This document shows, piece after piece, positions 50,290 through 61,904 of a DNA stretch of 64,000 bases. Source of the stretch: Sumerlaeia bacterium (GTDB taxonomy: Bacteria; Sumerlaeota; Sumerlaeia; SLMS01; JAHLLQ01); assembly GCA_040219255.1 (NCBI GenBank), contig JAVJSW010000060.1, positions 224,001-288,000 of the forward strand. Direction: 5' to 3'. The notes under the pieces were generated by a model. The model searched no databases. It was not told the DNA's origin and saw only the letters and a program-made list of their open reading frames with translations. Both the position numbers and the translations under genes were made by a program. Each line of letters starts with the position of its first letter. Position 1 is the first letter of the stretch.

Positions 50290-50331
50290 CAGGTCCCAGT
50301 CCTCGGCGAAGTCGCATCAGGCCAGAGCAAA

Positions 50332-52419
<2,088 letters not shown>

Positions 52420-52446
52420 TCAAGACGTATTGGCGGGGGAAATTAT

Positions 52447-52511
52447 GGCCACAGATGACGCGGATGGACACCGATCAAAAAAACATCTGCGCTCTCTGCG
52501 TCATCTGAGGC
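52447..52511. repeat. Compact paired inverted repeat (type A)
   Basis: GGCCACAGATGACGCGGATGGACACCGAT-AAAA-rich spacer-CATCTGCGCTCTCTGCGTCATCTGAGGC. Confidence 0.7.
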
Positions 52512-52517
52512 AGGAAA

Positions 52518-53339
52518 TCAAATCCCATCGCTCATGTAGGTGTGGATGCCGCACTCGGTTTTCTGGCTGCCGCTCCATCGGCCGGCGCGTTCGTCCTGGC
52601 CATCGGCGACGGGTTTGGTGCAGGGCGCGCAGCCGATGCTCTTGTAGCCTTCGAGGAACAGCGGGTGGACGGGGACATCGTGTTCGTCGATGTACTTCCA
52701 CAGGTCGCGCTTCGACCAGTTGGCGAAGGGATTGATCTTCACCAGGGGCTCGCGGCCGGGGCGTTCGCTGACTTCCAGGATTTTGGTGCGTTGGCGGATT
52801 TCGCTATGGTCGCTGCGGCGGATGCTGGTCACATAGGCCGACCGGCCGGACAGCGCGCGGCGCAGCGGCTCGACCTTGTTCAGGAAGCAGCACAAATCCG
52901 TGCCGACATGGGCGTGGCGGCGGGCTTCCTGGGGCACGTCGATCCCGTCCAGGTTCTCGCGCTTGTTCAGGTCGTCCGGGAACTTGGCCAGGAAGGCCTC
53001 GCGGCCGCCCTGATAGCCCCAGGCTTCCACCTTCAGATTGTAGAGATCGCGGATATGATCGCGGAATCGGATGGTGTCTTCAAAGTGATAACCGGTTTCC
53101 AGAAAGATCACCGGGACGCGGTTGTCCACCTCGGACAGCATCCGCAGCAGCGCCCCCGACGACGCGCCGAAGGACGACGTGGCGGCGAAGCGCTCGGGGC
53201 CGTAAGTCCTCGCGGCCCAGGCAATAATGTCCCGAGCGGTCCAGGACTCCATCTCCTCGGACAACGCGCGCAGCTCCTCCACCGTGGGCAGGGAAGAGAC
53301 GGGGGGCTCGAGTTGAGCGAAAGCGGCCGTGGCGGTCAT
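52518..53339 (-). CDS. cysH: (Phospho)adenylyl-sulfate reductase, Fe-S (APS reductase) type
   Basis: TSSFG, ETGYHF, CC..NKVEPL, GYKSIGCAPCT, ERAGRW, ECGIH. Confidence 0.92.
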   Translation of the reverse strand: MTATAAFAQLEPPVSSLPTVEELRALSEEMESWTARDIIAWAARTYGPERFAATSSFGASSGALLRMLSEVDNRVPVIFLETGYHFEDTIRFRDHIRDLYNLKVEAWGYQGGREAFLAKFPDDLNKRENLDGIDVPQEARRHAHVGTDLCCFLNKVEPLRRALSGRSAYVTSIRRSDHSEIRQRTKILEVSERPGREPLVKINPFANWSKRDLWKYIDEHDVPVHPLFLEGYKSIGCAPCTKPVADGQDERAGRWSGSQKTECGIHTYMSDGI

Positions 53340-53360
53340 GGGGTGAACCTTTCCGAGGAA

Positions 53361-53440
53361 ATACTCCTACTTGCGGGTAGGAATTAGAGGCTAATCCCAT
53401 GCCAACGCAAGGCGATTTCCTACTTGAAGGGTAGGAAATC
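53361..53440. promoter_or_regulatory. Tandem palindromic operator candidates upstream of cysH
   Basis: TCCTAC-N6-GTAGGA (53365-53382) and GATTTCCTAC-N7-GTAGGAAATC (53414-53440). Confidence 0.65.
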
Positions 53441-53457
53441 CCGTAAGCGGAGGATTC

Positions 53458-55485
53458 TCAGCGCACAGACCAACCGGTCGGCGTGTCCACGGCTAGAGCG
53501 AATTCGCCCAGTTCGGTCAGGTCCGCAGCCGTGACGCGGTTACGGGCGTGGTCCCATGTGACGCCGGCAAGCAATTCGTCCCATGGGGCGTCGGGGCTGG
53601 GCCGGTGCATCAGGCGCAGGCCGCTCTCGCCGAGGCTCTGCACGTCGTCACCGATGTAGTCGAACTGCACCGTGGCGGTGTCCCATGGGGTTCCTTGGGC
53701 CGAAAGGGTCCACCGCGTGCGGGCGGTCTGGCTTGGGTTCAAACCAGTGAGGCCGCCGGTGCCGGTGGTCATCTCCACGATGACAAGGCGCGAGGAAGCG
53801 GGTTCGCCCTTGGCGGCGGACTGGAATCCGGCGGAGACGCGGGCCTGTGGCGGCAAGTGCCCGTCTGGCCCGACGGAGCCAATGGGGTAGAGGTGGCTTC
53901 GATCGGCCGGCAAAATCCGCCGGTAAGTCACCGTGGCCGGGCGGTCTTCGATCAGGCGGCCGGGATAAAGGACCCAGCCGGCGCTGTAGAGTTCCTGAAC
54001 ACTCATGCTGAGCGGGCTGACGGCGAGATCGTAGTAACCGTCGCCATCCAGGTCGCCCGCCAGGTCCACCGTCTCGCCAAACTTGGCGCGGGCCACGGCG
54101 CCTTCGATTTGCCAGCCCGTGGCAGGTGTGAACTCCGACAGGCGCAGGGTTTCGGTGCCGCTCTGGCCATAAACGATGTAAACGCTGCCGGTGTCGATCA
54201 GGGCCCCGAGGCCGGTGTTGTGCGCGCCCAGGGCCAAGTCCATGTGGCCATCGCGGTTCAGGTCGCCAAGGCCACAGCCATCGATCCCCAGGTTATGGTG
54301 AGCGGCGGCGGCATGGATTCGATAGCCCGGCTGAGCGACACCGATGTCTTCCAGTCGGAAGCTTTGCCACTGTGAAGTCCCAAAGACGACGTAAGCTATC
54401 CCGGATGCCGGATTTCCGTCGGAGGGATCGATTCCGGCGCCCAGTAAGATGTCGTGAAATCCATCACCGTTCACGTCGCCGAGCCCACTGGCCTCTGTGA
54501 TGCCGACGAATCCCCCGGTCTTGCGGATCGTGACTCGGCCCGGGCCGGGTTCGGTCAGCGAGAAAGGGGCGAAGTCCTCGCGGCCAAAGATCAGAACCAA
54601 CGAGTCCTCGGCGGTTCCGGTTCCATCATCCGGGCGGACGCAGAAGTCCCCCAGCCCGTCGCCATTGAGATCGCCCAGGCCAGTGAAGCCCGAAGTCACG
54701 GCGTCGGAGCTAACCTTGACCGCTGTCATCTCGATCGCCCGGCCGTTCGCCACCATGGCGGGCAAGGGCTCCGGAGAGCGGCCACGTTGGCCAAAGATCA
54801 GATAGGCGGAGTCATCCACCGTGGTGGAGCCGGTTCCGGACGCGGCGATGAAATCCGGAATCCCGTCGCCGTTCACATCGCCCAGGCCTGCCAACTGCCT
54901 GCTGAAGAAATCGCCCTCGGCCAGGCCGTCGATGTCGTAGCCGCGGGGCGGAAAGATTTCAAGGTCCGTCAGGTCGCTTAACTCGGCGCCACCAAACAGG
55001 ACGAAAGCCCGGCCCTTGCGGTTTTCATAGCGCTCGGAACTCAGACCGAAATCCGCGAACCCATCACCGTCCAGATCGCCCAGCGCCGTGATCGAGCGCC
55101 CCGTGTCCCGAGGGACGAGGTTCTCGTGAATCCGAAAGCCCAGGCCATTCTGGGACAACGTCTCCAGGTTCAGGAGAGGAGACGTTTCGCGCGCGCCGAA
55201 GACGACAAAGTTCTCGGTCCATTCCCGCGATGCCCCGCCTACCGACCCGATCAGCAAGTCCCCCAGTCCATCGCCGTTCACATCCCCGATGCCGGCGTTG
55301 TTGGGGCCGGTCAAGGCATAGCCTTTTGGTTCCTTGTGGAACACAAAACCGAAATCGCGGGCCTCGAGTTCCGTGATGGAAACTCGGTTGGACTGCGCGG
55401 CCAGCGGCATCGCGCCCAGGCAGCCGAGCAGCAAACTGGCGAGTTGGAGGGTGCGGCGGCTGGCGGGGGAGGGCGAATCGGACAT
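53458..55485 (-). CDS. Secreted FG-GAP/integrin-alpha-like propeller protein with Trp tail
   Basis: Seven GD(V/L)(N/D)xDGxxD repeats; signal peptide; ends TPTGWSVR. Confidence 0.88.
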   Translation of the reverse strand: MSDSPSPASRRTLQLASLLLGCLGAMPLAAQSNRVSITELEARDFGFVFHKEPKGYALTGPNNAGIGDVNGDGLGDLLIGSVGGASREWTENFVVFGARETSPLLNLETLSQNGLGFRIHENLVPRDTGRSITALGDLDGDGFADFGLSSERYENRKGRAFVLFGGAELSDLTDLEIFPPRGYDIDGLAEGDFFSRQLAGLGDVNGDGIPDFIAASGTGSTTVDDSAYLIFGQRGRSPEPLPAMVANGRAIEMTAVKVSSDAVTSGFTGLGDLNGDGLGDFCVRPDDGTGTAEDSLVLIFGREDFAPFSLTEPGPGRVTIRKTGGFVGITEASGLGDVNGDGFHDILLGAGIDPSDGNPASGIAYVVFGTSQWQSFRLEDIGVAQPGYRIHAAAAHHNLGIDGCGLGDLNRDGHMDLALGAHNTGLGALIDTGSVYIVYGQSGTETLRLSEFTPATGWQIEGAVARAKFGETVDLAGDLDGDGYYDLAVSPLSMSVQELYSAGWVLYPGRLIEDRPATVTYRRILPADRSHLYPIGSVGPDGHLPPQARVSAGFQSAAKGEPASSRLVIVEMTTGTGGLTGLNPSQTARTRWTLSAQGTPWDTATVQFDYIGDDVQSLGESGLRLMHRPSPDAPWDELLAGVTWDHARNRVTAADLTELGEFALAVDTPTGWSVR

Positions 55486-55569
55486 TGCAGAGGGCTTTTC
55501 TATGATTTGTCGTCTGCCCGATTTCCTAGCCCTCAGTTTAACGCTGGGCAATCGAAATGGCGGCGGGCC

Positions 55570-55833
55570 TTAGCCCCCGCTCACCGGTGGCATCAGGGCC
55601 AGGCAGTCGCCGCTTTGCAGGAGGGCATCCGCTTCGGCCCATTCTTCGTTGATGGCGATCAGGATGCTGGCGCGCCAGCGATCCAGCTTGGGATGGGCTT
55701 CGATCAGTTGGCCGATCAGGGAGTCGGCGGTGGTGCCGGCGGCAACTTCCACCACTTCCCGCTCGCGCCCGGTGGCGTCGCGCAGGGCCTGGAAATAGAG
55801 GACTTCGATGATCAGGGGGTCGGGCATTGTCAT
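55570..55833 (-). CDS. moaD: MoaD family sulfur carrier
   Basis: VLYFQALRDATG...AINEE...MPPVSGG; ATGA overlap with UDG. Confidence 0.8.
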   Translation of the reverse strand: MTMPDPLIIEVLYFQALRDATGREREVVEVAAGTTADSLIGQLIEAHPKLDRWRASILIAINEEWAEADALLQSGDCLALMPPVSGG

Positions 55834-56600
55834 CTCTTTCCGAAAACGTCCATGACCTTTTGCATGTCCTCCCAGACGACGCGCTTCTTGCGGGGGTCGC
55901 GCAGGAGGTAGGCGGGGTGGTAGGTGGGCATGACGGGGATGCCGCGCCATTCCATCCAGGTGCCGCGCGCGCGCGTCATGCTGAGCCGGGCGTGTTCGGG
56001 CATGAGGCCGACGAGGGCGGTCTTGCCGAGGGTGACGATGACCCGGGGCCGAACGATGGCGAGCTGCTCCTCAAGGTAGGGCAGGCACATGGCCATTTCG
56101 TCGGGTTCGGGCTGGCGGTTGCTGGGCGGGCGGCATTTGACGACGTTGCCGATGAAGACGTCTTCGCGCTGGAATTTCATGGCGGCGATGATTTTGTCGA
56201 GCAGTTCGCCGGCGCGGCCGACGAAGGGGCGGCCGGTGGCGTCTTCGTTGGCGCCGGGGCCTTCGCCCACAATGGCGAGTTCGGCGGCGGGGTTGCCTTC
56301 GCCGGGCACGGTCTGGGTGCGGCTGTGGCAGAGGCGGCACATGGTGCAGGCGGCGATGCGCTCGGCGGCGAGGCGGTCGAGCGCATCGCGGCGCTCGGCC
56401 AGGGGCATGCCCTCTCCGTGGACGAGAGCGGGACCGTGATCCGCGGACGGTGCGGCCTCGTGGTCGAAAAGATCCACGCCTGGCTCGTCCGCGGGCGATT
56501 CGGCGGCCTCGGCGGTTTCGATGCCTTCGAGAAACCCGAATCCGAGCGATCGGTACAAGGCCAGTTGGTGCTTGAGAGGGTCGGGCGTGGGGCGTTGCAT
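55830..56600 (-). CDS. udg: Family 4 uracil-DNA glycosylase
   Basis: CTMCRLC, GEGPGANED, FVGRAG, NVVKCRPP.NR, TYHPAYLLR. Confidence 0.93.
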   Translation of the reverse strand: MQRPTPDPLKHQLALYRSLGFGFLEGIETAEAAESPADEPGVDLFDHEAAPSADHGPALVHGEGMPLAERRDALDRLAAERIAACTMCRLCHSRTQTVPGEGNPAAELAIVGEGPGANEDATGRPFVGRAGELLDKIIAAMKFQREDVFIGNVVKCRPPSNRQPEPDEMAMCLPYLEEQLAIVRPRVIVTLGKTALVGLMPEHARLSMTRARGTWMEWRGIPVMPTYHPAYLLRDPRKKRVVWEDMQKVMDVFGKR

Positions 56601-56819
56601 GGGCGGAGGAGACCTCGAGGGATCGGTCGGGGGGGGCGCTCGGGCGCGATGACGGGATGACGGTAGGGGGGAAGGCCGGGGGATGCAACGGCTACGCCAG
56701 TCTGGCGGAAGAGAATGTTGACATCCGCGCCGGTCGAACCCACCGTTGATTCAGGTCGTCCCTCCGCCTGTCCCTCTGGGGTGCGCGGGTGGCGGGCCGC
56801 GATGGAGGGATCGTTGGCA

Positions 56820-56848
56820 TTGACAGCCTGGTCCATCGACCGCAAAAT
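56820..56848 (+). promoter_or_regulatory. sigma70-type promoter candidate for pilin cluster
   Basis: TTGACA-N17-CAAAAT; a second TTGACA-N17-CACCGT at 56718-56746. Confidence 0.45.
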
Positions 56849-56860
56849 GAAACTTCATCG

Positions 56861-57430
56861 GTGAAGTACCGGCTATTTTCAGGAAGTGCCCAGCTCTTGC
56901 CCAGGTTCTCTCGACTCAACCATCGACGCGTTCGCGCCTTCTCCCTGGCGGAGATCATGGTGGTGGTGGCGATTCTGGCGGTTGGGTCGACGATCGCGCT
57001 TTACAGCTATTCCAGCTATCGGCGCACCCTGTCGGTCAATTCCACCGGGCGCAAGGCGCAGGCGATGATGGTCACGGCGAAAAACCTGGCGATCAACTCC
57101 GGGCGGCCCGTCCAGATGGTGGTCAATCTGGACAAGGAAACCTTCTGGATCGACGGTCTCGACCGGAACGGCAACCTGGACAAGCCGAAGATTTATCCGG
57201 AAGAGCAGGCCGCGGAGTTCGTTCTGATCGAGCGGCTGAGGGTCGGACCCGACGTTTTCGATTCGGGCATTCACAGCATTCTGTTCGAGCCCGACGGCCG
57301 CAATCGCTTCGTGGTGGTGACGTTCCGCCGCGAATTCGACGATGCGACGGTGGCGGAGAACTACACTTCCATTCGCCTTTTCCCTTCGTCCCGCGAGCCC
57401 CAATTCCTGGAACGCACTCGCCTGGAGTAA
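56861..57430 (+). CDS. Prepilin-type protein (GspH/FimT-like)
   Basis: RA|FSLAEIMVVVAIL; AKNLAI; ILFEPDG. Start codon uncertain. Confidence 0.8.
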   Translation: MKYRLFSGSAQLLPRFSRLNHRRVRAFSLAEIMVVVAILAVGSTIALYSYSSYRRTLSVNSTGRKAQAMMVTAKNLAINSGRPVQMVVNLDKETFWIDGLDRNGNLDKPKIYPEEQAAEFVLIERLRVGPDVFDSGIHSILFEPDGRNRFVVVTFRREFDDATVAENYTSIRLFPSSREPQFLERTRLE

Positions 57431-57437
57431 CCCCGCC

Positions 57438-57893
57438 ATGCGCCAGTCCGCCGTTCGCCGCGGCTTCACCCTTGTCGAGGTCCTGGTGGCCCTAGCGATC
57501 CTGCTGACGGGCATCGTGGCCATCGTTCAGCTCTTTCCCGTCAGCCTGCGAGCCAACACGGACGCGGCGCTGAAGGGCTCGGCGGTGATTCTCGCCTACC
57601 AGAAAGTCGAAGAAATGCGCCGCGACGAGTACCCGCTGCGCAGCGACAGCTTCACCGCCACGGTCCGGAATCTGGAAGGGGAAACGGACCCGGTGGCCTG
57701 GCCGGAAGATCCGCGGCTGACCTATTCCTACTCCGGGTTGAGCGCCGTCCTTGGCGACTTGCCGGAGGACCCCGGCGACCCGCGCACGGGGCGCGGCGTG
57801 GCCCGCGTGATCGTGCGCCTCAGCGAGAGCTTCGACCCGCAAACGCCGGTGATCTACGAACTGCGGTTCTACGGCGATCCGCTGGCCCCCTAG
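57438..57893 (+). CDS. Prepilin-type protein (GspI/PilV-like)
   Basis: RRG|FTLVEVLVALAIL; AVILAYQKVEEMR. Confidence 0.85.
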   Translation: MRQSAVRRGFTLVEVLVALAILLTGIVAIVQLFPVSLRANTDAALKGSAVILAYQKVEEMRRDEYPLRSDSFTATVRNLEGETDPVAWPEDPRLTYSYSGLSAVLGDLPEDPGDPRTGRGVARVIVRLSESFDPQTPVIYELRFYGDPLAP

Positions 57894-58036
57894 CCGGCTT
57901 TGGCCTTCCTCTCTTTCTTTAGGACAAAATCGCAGGTGCCAATTTCTTCCGGTTGCCCCACACTTCCGGCAGTGTGGAATGTCCCTTGCACATTTCGCCA
58001 CGGAACCTCGATTTCTCCGGTACGGACCCCGCGCCG

Positions 58037-59128
58037 ATGACGCAACGCTCCCCGAAAATCCGCCCCCGCACGCCGCTCGAGAGCCGGCGGCGGCGCTCTC
58101 GCGCCTTGAGCCTGACGGAGTTGATGGTGGCGATGACGGTGACCCTGGTCTTCACAGGGAGCGTCGTGACCGCTTTCCTGCAGATTTCCCGCGCCGCCGA
58201 TGCCTCCGAGGCGCAAATCCGCGCCCATACGCGGGCCCGGGCGGCCCTCGATATCATCGCCCGCGACTTGCAGCGCGTCGCCTTCGACGTCAACCTCGAC
58301 AACTCCATGCCCTCTCCCCAGCCCCAGGTCTTCAAAGTTCAGAGTCAAACCCTGGGCCACGGGGATTTGCGCGACAACGATGGCGACGGACAGGTGGACG
58401 AGGAAGTGGTCAACGGTCTGGACGAAGACTGCGACTGGGTGGATACGCACGCCGAAGCGGATCCGGGAGGCGGATCGCCGCCCCTGATCGAGCGCGCCGC
58501 CTACACCGTCATCCCCGACTTGGGCGACGTCGCAGTGGACGAGGACAATCGTTTCTCGCGCGACATCCTCACGCTTCGCCTCCCCTCGGTGCGCACCAAT
58601 GAGTTGGGCGAACCCTTGACGGAGCAAATCACTTACCGCCTCGACGACAGCGCGAGCTTTGGCAGCGAATGGGTGCTGCTCCGCCAGAACGTCATCATCA
58701 ACGAAGTGACCATGGAGTCGGAAGTCGAAATCGAACCGGTCGTGTTCGACGTGGTGAGCCTGGACATTCTGCCGTGGAACGCGAACGACGATGTTACGAG
58801 CAACATCCTGACGGCGTGCGCGGCGCCTTCCCAGTACGGACCTTACTACGTGTCCGATTTCGATTCCGGCGATTATTTCAACAACCCGGCGCGCCGACCG
58901 TTCTATGCGCCGGCCGGCATTCCTCCGTTTCCGTTTCCCGCGGCCGTTTACGTGCGCGTCACGGTGAACGCGGAGCCCATCCCGCTGGAGGAGTTTTCCG
59001 GCTGGCGCCCCGGCGATACCGCTTTGGATCGCACGCCGCTGAAGACGCTGAGCCTGGGGATGGTGGTGACGCTGGACGAGACGGTGAGCCAAACGAATTA
59101 CCGCGATTACGGAATGCCAAGGATGTGA
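58037..59128 (+). CDS. Prepilin-type protein (GspJ/PilW-like) with acidic Ca-binding-like insert
   Basis: RA|LSLTELMVAM; ALDIIARDL; DNDGDGQVDEE. Confidence 0.8.
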   Translation: MTQRSPKIRPRTPLESRRRRSRALSLTELMVAMTVTLVFTGSVVTAFLQISRAADASEAQIRAHTRARAALDIIARDLQRVAFDVNLDNSMPSPQPQVFKVQSQTLGHGDLRDNDGDGQVDEEVVNGLDEDCDWVDTHAEADPGGGSPPLIERAAYTVIPDLGDVAVDEDNRFSRDILTLRLPSVRTNELGEPLTEQITYRLDDSASFGSEWVLLRQNVIINEVTMESEVEIEPVVFDVVSLDILPWNANDDVTSNILTACAAPSQYGPYYVSDFDSGDYFNNPARRPFYAPAGIPPFPFPAAVYVRVTVNAEPIPLEEFSGWRPGDTALDRTPLKTLSLGMVVTLDETVSQTNYRDYGMPRM

Positions 59129-59220
59129 CGCCTCGTCTTTCCTGACCTAAAGTTGACTTTTCGGTGGCCACGGTGCCCGAACCCGCGAATTTTCCCCCCA
59201 GGACGGACTCCTGAATTGCT

Positions 59221-61776
59221 ATGGCGAACATGATGCGCCCCACCAGACAAGGCAGGATCGGCGGCCCCGCGAACCGGGGATCGGCGATTCTTTTGGTGAT
59301 CGCCATCCTTTCTATCCTGGTGCTTCTGGCCATCACGCTGTCGTTCACGAGCCGGCTGGAAGTGGCCTCGGCGGAGAACTTCGCCAATGGCGTCCAGAAC
59401 CGCGTGGCCACGGAAACCGGCGTGGAGGAAGTGGCCTTCGCCCTGGCGTATCAACTTCCCAGCGGCCCGACGGGAAAGCTCGATCTGGCTCTGAGTTCCG
59501 AGCACCGCGGGCAACGCGAGCGCGCCATCGCGAGCGAATCGCTGGCATGGCGGGGCTTCCGCCTGACGCCCGCCACTCTCTCGCAACCGGCGGTCACCGC
59601 CGCCGCAACGCAGCAGACTTCAAACCGCAGCCTGCGAACCAACGCCTCCGGCGCCCTGATCCCCTATCACGAAACGGAAAACTCCGAGGTGGTGGTGCTC
59701 GACGCCTCCGCCCGGGTTAACGTCAACGCCGCGCCTTACGAAGTGCTGGCCGGATTTTTCGACGCCCACGGGGCCGAATCGGGCCACGCGGTGGACGCCG
59801 ACGCGCTGGCCCGGGCCATCGTGGCGGTGCGCCTGGGGCCCGACGGGGCGCCGGGCAAGAAGGACTTCGACGACGATTACGACACGCGCGAGGGCCTGGC
59901 CGAATTGCTGCGCGAGGAAAACCCGGAACTGGCCGGCCGCCTGGACCTGCTTCTGCCAGAACTTCTGCAGTCCATCCGCGAACCTTACGGGGACCTGCCG
60001 GAGGGCGAGGAGGAATGGCGCGCCGCGGCCCGCAAGGCCTTGATGACCAACACGGACGAGAGCGACGAGTACGTGGCGGACCTTCGGCTGCCGCCCCTGG
60101 GCGACGACATCCGCTTCGGCAAGCTGTCGGACCTGCTGCGCTACGAGCTTATTCGCGACGCCGGCCTGACGCCGGAACTGCTGGAAAGCGCCCGGCCCTA
60201 CCTGACGGTCTTCAGCGCGAGCGAGGACGATCTGCTGCGCGCTGACGCCATCGCCCGGGTGGACGCGAATCGCGCCACGGCGGAGGAAATCCGCGACGGC
60301 CTGCGGACGCTCTACGGCGACTCGGGCAAGAACGGCGTCCTCCTGACCCAATTCGCCGCCAATGTGGCCGACGCCCGGGACTTCGACAGCGTGCCGACGA
60401 TCTTCCACGGCTCGACGCGCGAGGACACCGTTCTCGGCTTCGAACGCACGCCCTATATCACGGAAGTTTATCCCGATTCCCTGACCGACGACGGGGAAGG
60501 CGACGACGGCCAGTTCGTGGAACTGTACAATCCCTGGACGGAACCTTTCGACCTGACTGGTTGGTCGCTGCGCGGCGCCGGGACGGCGTTCGCCATCACC
60601 GGTTCGATCGCGCCGAAGGGCTACCTGATCCTGACCGATGACCTGGACAGCACGTCCGACGACTCCGAGGACCTGATCGAGGGCACCGGCAGCCTGTACC
60701 ACGTTTTCGGCGTGGTGGCCAACGGCCGCCAGCGGCGCGCTCTGGAAAGCGCCGGTTTCGCCCTGCCGCACACAACCTCCGGGCCGGTGACGGTGGAGCT
60801 GGTGAACGCGGACGGGGACCTGGTGGATCAGTTCACCTACCGCCCCGGCGCGCGTCCGACGGAAGGCATCTACTCGTTCCAACGGACAAACCCGCTGGTG
60901 CGCTCGGTGGAACGCCTGCGCGCGACGCCTTTCGGTCTGCCGGCGGCGGAATTGCCCGATGATCCGGACACCTTCGACCGGTTGGCGCTGGCGCCGATGA
61001 ATGGGCCCTTTGCCGATGTGACGGATGTCCTGATGGTTTTCGCCGGGTTCCACGACGCGGACTCGGGCGAGGAAAACCTGTGGGGCTATCCGGTGCTGGC
61101 CACGCCCAAGAGCCCGCGGCCGGACGACGCGCTGGCGGCGGCGGACCCGCTGGCGATCGATGCCCGCGTGGTGGATCTGCTGACCGTGGGCACGACCCCG
61201 CCGGCGATCAAGGCGAAGCGCACCTCGCGCAACGAGCAGGTGGCGTCGCTCTTCGCGGCGGACACGCGCCAGGACATCGCGGCGAGTTACAGCCGCGGCG
61301 ATGTGGACGATCTGGCGGTGCAGCGCCTGACGGGTGTGGCTCTGGGCCGGGCGGTGACGGCAAACGTGCGGCACGGTCTGATCAATGTGAACACGGCGCC
61401 GGAGACGGTGCTGGCCGCGGTGCCGGGCTTCGGCGCGCGGACGGCGGCGGTTCTGGCGGAGCGGCGCGGCCGCGAGGAATCGCAGGCCCGGGCCGGCGGC
61501 CTGGGCGATGGCCTGCTGTACCATCGGCTGAGCGATCTCCTGGTGGACGACGCGCTCTACGGCGGGGGCCAAGGGGTCTCGCGCGAGGAGCGGCTGGCCC
61601 GCTTCCGGTCGATCGCGCCCTACGTAGCCTTCAATTCGCGATCCTTTGTGCTTGTCGGACAGCCCAAGCTGGCGACAGAGTCGGGGCAGGACTTGCAGGA
61701 AGCTTTGCGGACGGAGTGGCTGGTTGCGACGGACCGGGGAACGCCCGAGACGATCGCCCGCCGGCCGGCCCGCTGA
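59221..61776 (+). CDS. Large GspK/PilX-like minor pseudopilin with lamin-tail-like and helix-hairpin-helix segments
   Basis: RG|SAILLVIAIL (no Glu5); DASARVNVNAA; ITEV...FVELYNP...LTGWSL; LINVNTAPETVLAAVPG. Confidence 0.8.
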   Translation: MANMMRPTRQGRIGGPANRGSAILLVIAILSILVLLAITLSFTSRLEVASAENFANGVQNRVATETGVEEVAFALAYQLPSGPTGKLDLALSSEHRGQRERAIASESLAWRGFRLTPATLSQPAVTAAATQQTSNRSLRTNASGALIPYHETENSEVVVLDASARVNVNAAPYEVLAGFFDAHGAESGHAVDADALARAIVAVRLGPDGAPGKKDFDDDYDTREGLAELLREENPELAGRLDLLLPELLQSIREPYGDLPEGEEEWRAAARKALMTNTDESDEYVADLRLPPLGDDIRFGKLSDLLRYELIRDAGLTPELLESARPYLTVFSASEDDLLRADAIARVDANRATAEEIRDGLRTLYGDSGKNGVLLTQFAANVADARDFDSVPTIFHGSTREDTVLGFERTPYITEVYPDSLTDDGEGDDGQFVELYNPWTEPFDLTGWSLRGAGTAFAITGSIAPKGYLILTDDLDSTSDDSEDLIEGTGSLYHVFGVVANGRQRRALESAGFALPHTTSGPVTVELVNADGDLVDQFTYRPGARPTEGIYSFQRTNPLVRSVERLRATPFGLPAAELPDDPDTFDRLALAPMNGPFADVTDVLMVFAGFHDADSGEENLWGYPVLATPKSPRPDDALAAADPLAIDARVVDLLTVGTTPPAIKAKRTSRNEQVASLFAADTRQDIAASYSRGDVDDLAVQRLTGVALGRAVTANVRHGLINVNTAPETVLAAVPGFGARTAAVLAERRGREESQARAGGLGDGLLYHRLSDLLVDDALYGGGQGVSREERLARFRSIAPYVAFNSRSFVLVGQPKLATESGQDLQEALRTEWLVATDRGTPETIARRPAR

Positions 61777-61904
61777 ACCGGGTTGCGAGAATGGCGGCGG
61801 CGCGCACGGAGTTGACACCGGGCCGCCTCCGCCCCACCTTTTGTAAGACTGGAGGGTTTGAGCCCCCAAGCCCAAACCCGAATCCGAAGAGGAGCACGAC
61901 CTCC

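Noticed and set aside
61080-61904. N-terminal extension of the 581-aa ORF suggesting a fusion or frameshift
   Set aside because: Overlaps the GspK-like gene out of frame; the real start is at 61905 or 61920 just before the prepilin motif, with an RBS-like GAGGAG upstream.
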